Positions 59,745 to 64,000 of a DNA stretch of 64,000 nucleotides are shown piece by piece (the stretch's first letter is position 1; every line of letters starts with the position of its first letter). This stretch comes from Sulfurimonas sp. (GTDB taxonomy: Bacteria; Campylobacterota; Campylobacteria; Campylobacterales; Sulfurimonadaceae), in contig JAMORO010000064.1 in the NCBI GenBank assembly GCA_027063505.1, positions 4,343 through 68,342 on the forward strand. Direction: 5' to 3'. A program made the translations under genes and the position numbers. The notes under the pieces are model-generated. The model was not told the origin of the DNA, made no database searches, and saw only the letters and a program-made list of their open reading frames with translations.

Positions 59745-61677
59745 TCTCTTCTTCTTTCTCCTGTATAGTTAAAAGTTCTTCAACTTTTAACTCATAGAGT
59801 TCTTCAAGAGTAGCTAACTCTTGAGCTATCACAGTAATCCCTCTCTCTTCATAACATTTTGGATCAGCTAAGCACTCATTTTTCTGTTCTATTTTTTCTT
59901 CAAGTTCATCTATCTCTGTTGGTAAAGATTCTAATGCCATTTTCTCTTTGAAAGTGAGTTTAAGAGTTTTTATTTTCTCTCTTTTTGGCTCTACTACTTT
60001 GGGTGCACTAGCTGCTTCTTTCTCCATTTGTGCGAGTTCTTTAACCTCTTTTTCCATATCAAGATACTCACTATACTGCTGATGAGACTCTTCTATCCGT
60101 TTATCTGCTTGAAATATAAAGAGTTTCTTTGCGATTTTGTCTACAAAGTATCTATCATGGCTTACGATTATAACAGCACCAGGGAAGTTTGTAAGCTGCT
60201 CTTCTAAGATGTTAATAGTTGGAATATCAAGATCATTAGTAGGTTCATCTAAAATAAGGATATCGACATCTTTCGTAAAGAGTAGGGCAAGTGCTACACG
60301 GTTTTTCTCACCACCACTCAGTACACCCACTTTTTTATCTAAAAACTCACGAGGAAATAAGAAGTTTTTCAGGTAACCATAGACATGCAGGTCCGCACCA
60401 CGAACACTTACTCTGTCGCCACCATGAGGACAGAAAGTCTCTATGAGGTTTTTATCATCATCGAGCATCTCACGATGCTGGTCAAAGTAACCCACTTTAA
60501 ATTCACCACGTTTTATAACTCCAGTAGTAGGTTCTATGCGACCTAAAAGAGCTTTAAGCAGTGTTGATTTTCCACTTCCATTTGGTCCAACTATAGCTAT
60601 AACATCTTTTTGCAGTATACGAGTAGTAAAGTCTCTGAGTAGCTCTTTATCTCCAAGAGTAAGTCCAAGATTTTCTACCTCAAAAAGCATCTTCTGTTTG
60701 TTTATACTTTTGTCACGGTTGAAGTGTTTTGCTTCACGTTGAAGTTCTACACTCATTTTACGAATTTTAGCAGGGTTTGTTTTTGCCTCTTCTCTGAGGT
60801 TCATAAGTCTCTCTTTACGACCTTCGTTGCGTTTAAGACGAGCTCTAACACCCCGAGCAAACCACTCATTTTCTCGTTTAAGGACACCAAGTAAGTTGTC
60901 ATGCTGTTTTTGAAGTGTACGAATATACTCTGCTTTTTGAGTGAGGTAGTTAGAGTAACCACCGCTATACTCTTTTAAAACGCAGTCATCAACCTCTACA
61001 CTTTTTGTAGCGATACGATCTATAAAGTATCTATCATGAGAGATAAAAACAAGAGTAAACTTCTCTCGTAAAAGAAGCTCTTCTAAGAACTCAACCATAT
61101 AAACATCAAGGTGATTGGTAGGCTCATCTAAAAGTAAAATATCTGGTTTTTGAAGGAGTAGAGAGGCGAGGGCAACACGACGCTGCTCACCACCACTGAG
61201 AAGAGATATAGGTTTGTCCTCATAGCGTTTTAGGTCAAAGTGCTGGATAATACGTTCTATCTTATCATCTAAGTTCCAAGCATTATGATGTTCAATGTAG
61301 CGTGAGAGTTGCTCATGCTCATCAAGAAGAGTTCTATTCTCAAAGTCATCAGCTAGAAGTAGTGAGAGTTCACTATATCGCTCTTTTGCACGATTTAACT
61401 CTTTGAGTCCATGCTCTACAGCTTGGCGAACATTGTGTCCCTCTACAAAAGCAGGACGTTGGTCTAGCATCTTTATCTCAAGATCATTTTTAGTGATTCT
61501 TCGACCACCATCAGGAGTAAGTGTTCCGTTAACTATCTTCATAAGAGTAGATTTTCCACTCCCATTTTTACCGATGATAACTATACGTTCACCCTCATCT
61601 ACATGAAAGTTTACTTCTGTGAGAATTTTCTGTGCTGAGTAGTGCTTTGAGATGTTTTGGAGATTTACAAGTGCCAT
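59731..61677 (-). CDS. uup: ABC-F family ATPase (Uup-like)
   Basis: Two ABC cassettes (GKNGSGKS/LSGGEQRR and GPNGSGKS/LSGGEKNR), LDEPTN twice, no TMs, C-terminal coiled coil. Confidence 0.88.
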   Translation of the reverse strand: MALVNLQNISKHYSAQKILTEVNFHVDEGERIVIIGKNGSGKSTLMKIVNGTLTPDGGRRITKNDLEIKMLDQRPAFVEGHNVRQAVEHGLKELNRAKERYSELSLLLADDFENRTLLDEHEQLSRYIEHHNAWNLDDKIERIIQHFDLKRYEDKPISLLSGGEQRRVALASLLLQKPDILLLDEPTNHLDVYMVEFLEELLLREKFTLVFISHDRYFIDRIATKSVEVDDCVLKEYSGGYSNYLTQKAEYIRTLQKQHDNLLGVLKRENEWFARGVRARLKRNEGRKERLMNLREEAKTNPAKIRKMSVELQREAKHFNRDKSINKQKMLFEVENLGLTLGDKELLRDFTTRILQKDVIAIVGPNGSGKSTLLKALLGRIEPTTGVIKRGEFKVGYFDQHREMLDDDKNLIETFCPHGGDRVSVRGADLHVYGYLKNFLFPREFLDKKVGVLSGGEKNRVALALLFTKDVDILILDEPTNDLDIPTINILEEQLTNFPGAVIIVSHDRYFVDKIAKKLFIFQADKRIEESHQQYSEYLDMEKEVKELAQMEKEAASAPKVVEPKREKIKTLKLTFKEKMALESLPTEIDELEEKIEQKNECLADPKCYEERGITVIAQELATLEELYELKVEELLTIQEKEEEINTL

Positions 61678-61679
61678 AT

Positions 61680-62357
61680 TTACTCTGCTTTATCTAGGTT
61701 TTCTTTTTGCTTCTCAACTGGAATCCACTTTGATTTTATTTCAGCTTTTTTCTTTGCTCTCTGTGCTACTTTTTTATGACGTGGTTTTTTTGTTTTGTCT
61801 TTAACTGAAGTTTGAGCACGGTTTGTATGTGTAAAATCTTTAAGCTCTTGCTCTTTCATCTCACACTTCATCATAAGTTCTATAGTAGCTAGTTGCCCTT
61901 CATCTTCAGGGTCTATAAGTGAAATAGCTTCCCCTATCTCATCAACAGTGCGAAGACGTTTAAAGTAGTCTGGTGCTTCAAAAGGGAGGTCGTAGTTTAT
62001 AAGAGCCTCTATACCTTTAAGTTCCATCGTCTCAAAAATTCTATCTGTAGTGATAAGAATTTGTAATGCTTTAGTATTAAACGCTATCTGTGCATCTTCT
62101 ATTTGTGAGCTTCTATGATTCCCATGAATACCAAGTGCTTTAAAGGTGTTCTCTTTAAGTGTAGTCTCTAAAGTGTCAGCACTCTTTTTACTTTTAACTA
62201 TAAGTAAAATTTGTTTATCCTTTAGAGGTTTAAGTAACTCTAGTAACATGCTGTTTTTATCATGTTGTTGGACAAAGTAGGCTTCTTGTTTGGTGCGGTT
62301 TCCAACGCTAATATAGTCGTAATACTTTTTAGGTGCAGATGTGTTCTCTTCGCTCAA
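61680..62357 (-). CDS. Stand-alone, degenerate DEAD-box helicase C-terminal (RecA2) domain protein
   Basis: GIHGN...R, ILITTD, INYDLP. TTG start with AAGGAG ribosome-binding site. Confidence 0.78.
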   Translation of the reverse strand: MSEENTSAPKKYYDYISVGNRTKQEAYFVQQHDKNSMLLELLKPLKDKQILLIVKSKKSADTLETTLKENTFKALGIHGNHRSSQIEDAQIAFNTKALQILITTDRIFETMELKGIEALINYDLPFEAPDYFKRLRTVDEIGEAISLIDPEDEGQLATIELMMKCEMKEQELKDFTHTNRAQTSVKDKTKKPRHKKVAQRAKKKAEIKSKWIPVEKQKENLDKAE

Positions 62358-62390
62358 AAAAGGCTCCTTGTAATTTTAAAAGAATTATAG

Positions 62391-63479
62391 CTAATTATAT
62401 TCTTTAATGTTCAAAAGAAGAGCTTTGAGATGTTTTGTGTAACTATCCATAAGTGATATATAGCTTTTACTATGTGTGTCGCTAAGAGAGTCTTTTATTT
62501 TTAAGGCAATATCATTGAGTTTATCTGCCCCAATATTAGCAGATACACCTAAAATATCTAACAGAAGTTGATCTGCTTTTTTAAACTCTTGGTTAGAGAG
62601 AAGAATATGAAGTTTATGATCTGAGTCACTATATGTTGCAACAAACTCGGCAAGTATCTCATGGTAAAACTCCTCATCTCCTCCACAGATACTAAGTCCT
62701 TTATCTCCATCTAGCTCTTCTGTCATTATAACTTCTATATACTCTGAGTCCTCTACTTCTTCATCTCCTGTATATGCATACAATATATCATAGAGAGCTT
62801 CCATTCTTAGTGGTTTTTCAAGTTGCTCAGCCATTCCTGCTTCTCGCATTTTTGCTATGTCATCGGCAGCAGTATCTCCACTCAGTGCTACTACTAAAAT
62901 GTGATTGTAGTTTGGATTTTTTCTTATCTCTCTTGTCGCTTGAAAACCATCAACCCTAGGCATGTGAGCATCCATAAGAACCATTAAAAAGTCATTGTCT
63001 TTTTCTAAAATATCAAGGGCCTCTTGACCATCATTTGCTATGATAAGATCCATGCCACTCTCTCCAAGAAGACCGAGAAGAACTTTTTGATTAATTAGAT
63101 TATCTTCTGCTATAAGAACTCTCTCTCCTTCAAACTCTTTAAAACTCTCTTTTGTGATTTTATCATGTGGGGGAACAGAGCGTTTTTTAATCTGTCGTGT
63201 TGGAGTGAGTGTCTCCTCCTCTTCTTCAATCTCCTCTTGGAGAGTACCAAAGTCTCCCTCTTCACTACCCGCTAAATCATCATACTCATCTTCGATAATG
63301 GTGCTCTCTTGAAGATCATCTATGGGTTCTCGAAGAGTCTCCTCCTCTATATCTTTTTTTTCAGAGCTTAAACTCTTTGCAGGATTTTTCTTATTTTTCT
63401 TTTTAATAAGTATAAATGATAGAAGAGCAATCACTACTACAGATAATGCTATAAATTCATATAAATATTCATTTAACAT
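62391..63479 (-). CDS. Membrane-anchored response regulator with a C-terminal Hpt-like domain
   Basis: N-terminal TM, acidic linker, LIAEDN..NQ, LMDAHMP, LEKP, then LLDILGVSANIGA. Confidence 0.85.
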   Translation of the reverse strand: MLNEYLYEFIALSVVVIALLSFILIKKKNKKNPAKSLSSEKKDIEEETLREPIDDLQESTIIEDEYDDLAGSEEGDFGTLQEEIEEEEETLTPTRQIKKRSVPPHDKITKESFKEFEGERVLIAEDNLINQKVLLGLLGESGMDLIIANDGQEALDILEKDNDFLMVLMDAHMPRVDGFQATREIRKNPNYNHILVVALSGDTAADDIAKMREAGMAEQLEKPLRMEALYDILYAYTGDEEVEDSEYIEVIMTEELDGDKGLSICGGDEEFYHEILAEFVATYSDSDHKLHILLSNQEFKKADQLLLDILGVSANIGADKLNDIALKIKDSLSDTHSKSYISLMDSYTKHLKALLLNIKEYN

Positions 63480-63585
63480 ATAATTCTCTTTTTTTTTCTT
63501 TATGATACCTAATTGAAAATTTAAATTAGCTTTATGTTATATAAGTTTTTGTATAATAAATCCATATTATTACAGAGGTGTTTTT

Positions 63586-64000
63586 GTGCAAGATATTCCA
63601 CATGTTCCAGTACTTTATAGAGAAGTTATAGCAGCGTTTGAAGATATTGAGAGTGGTATAATTATAGACTGCACTATGGGGTATGGTGGACACTCTTCTA
63701 TGATTCTTGAAGCAAATCCAAATATCAAACTCATAGCGATAGATCAAGATCAAACAGCGATAGATTTCTCAACAGAGCGTTTAGCTAAGTATGGTGATCG
63801 TGTAAGTATTAGAAAAGGTCGTTTTTCAAATGTCATAAAAGAGATATTAGAAGAGTATGAACCAAATGAGATTAAAGGACTTTTAGCTGACATTGGTGTC
63901 TCATCACTACAACTCGATCAAAAAGAGAGAGGTTTTTCATATGAGAGTGAAAACCTTGATATGAGAATGGATAAAGATGCACCTCTAAGTGCTGAAAATG
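63586..64000 (+). CDS. rsmH: 16S rRNA m4C1402 methyltransferase RsmH, 3'-truncated by window edge
   Basis: Not in the ORF track. Hand translation from GTG 63586 gives MQDIPHVPVLYREV...IDCTMGYGGHS...IDQD...LADIGVSSLQLD..ERGFS...LDMRMD. TATAAT at 63552-63557. Confidence 0.95.
   Translation, partial: MQDIPHVPVLYREVIAAFEDIESGIIIDCTMGYGGHSSMILEANPNIKLIAIDQDQTAIDFSTERLAKYGDRVSIRKGRFSNVIKEILEEYEPNEIKGLLADIGVSSLQLDQKERGFSYESENLDMRMDKDAPLSAEN

Noticed and set aside
59731-61677. Internal sequence repeats such as AAAGTATCTATCATG near 60147 and 61023
   Set aside because: Explained by the duplicated ABC cassettes (SHDRYF motif) of the ABC-F protein.

Overview
AT-rich core chromosomal segment of a Campylobacterota bacterium, most likely Sulfurimonas or a close relative (inferred from gene content and order; no database search was run). 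From left to right: the tail of an auxiliary chemosensory/two-component cluster (cheA, CZB-containing cheW, STAS-like, ParA, hybrid kinase, response regulator); kdsB; a trmN6-ykgJ-TPR-trpC-dapE region; the long rplU-rpmA-obgE-proB-fmt-birA-parAB-atpF'FHAGDC-tolQRAB-pal-cpoB-slyD-fabD-mtnN-ttcA run; a cytochrome c plus sensory diguanylate cyclase pair; M48 peptidase-prmC; an orphan NosL + type VII ABC transporter + Cys/His-rich membrane protein cassette; ppiD-ftsA-ftsZ; dnaJ, mltA, recR; GGDEF-cvpA-fur-lysS-glyA-DUF1882-SPOR-trpE-aroE; class II DAHP synthase; an ABC-F; and the start of rsmH. I found no rRNA, tRNA, CRISPR array, transposase, integrase or prophage gene. The best candidate for an undescribed system is the 37.9-41.4 kb NosL/ABC/membrane-protein cassette, preceded by an 11-bp tandem direct repeat and lacking nosZ in the window. 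Next is the chemosensory cluster whose CheW has a zinc-binding CZB domain inserted into it. Several proteins keep a recognisable fold but lack the catalytic residues: a receiver, an Hpt, a sigma54-activator AAA+, a class II aldolase, a DEAD-box RecA2 domain and TtcA. Two long perfect palindromes (20 and 26 bp) lie in intergenic DNA.
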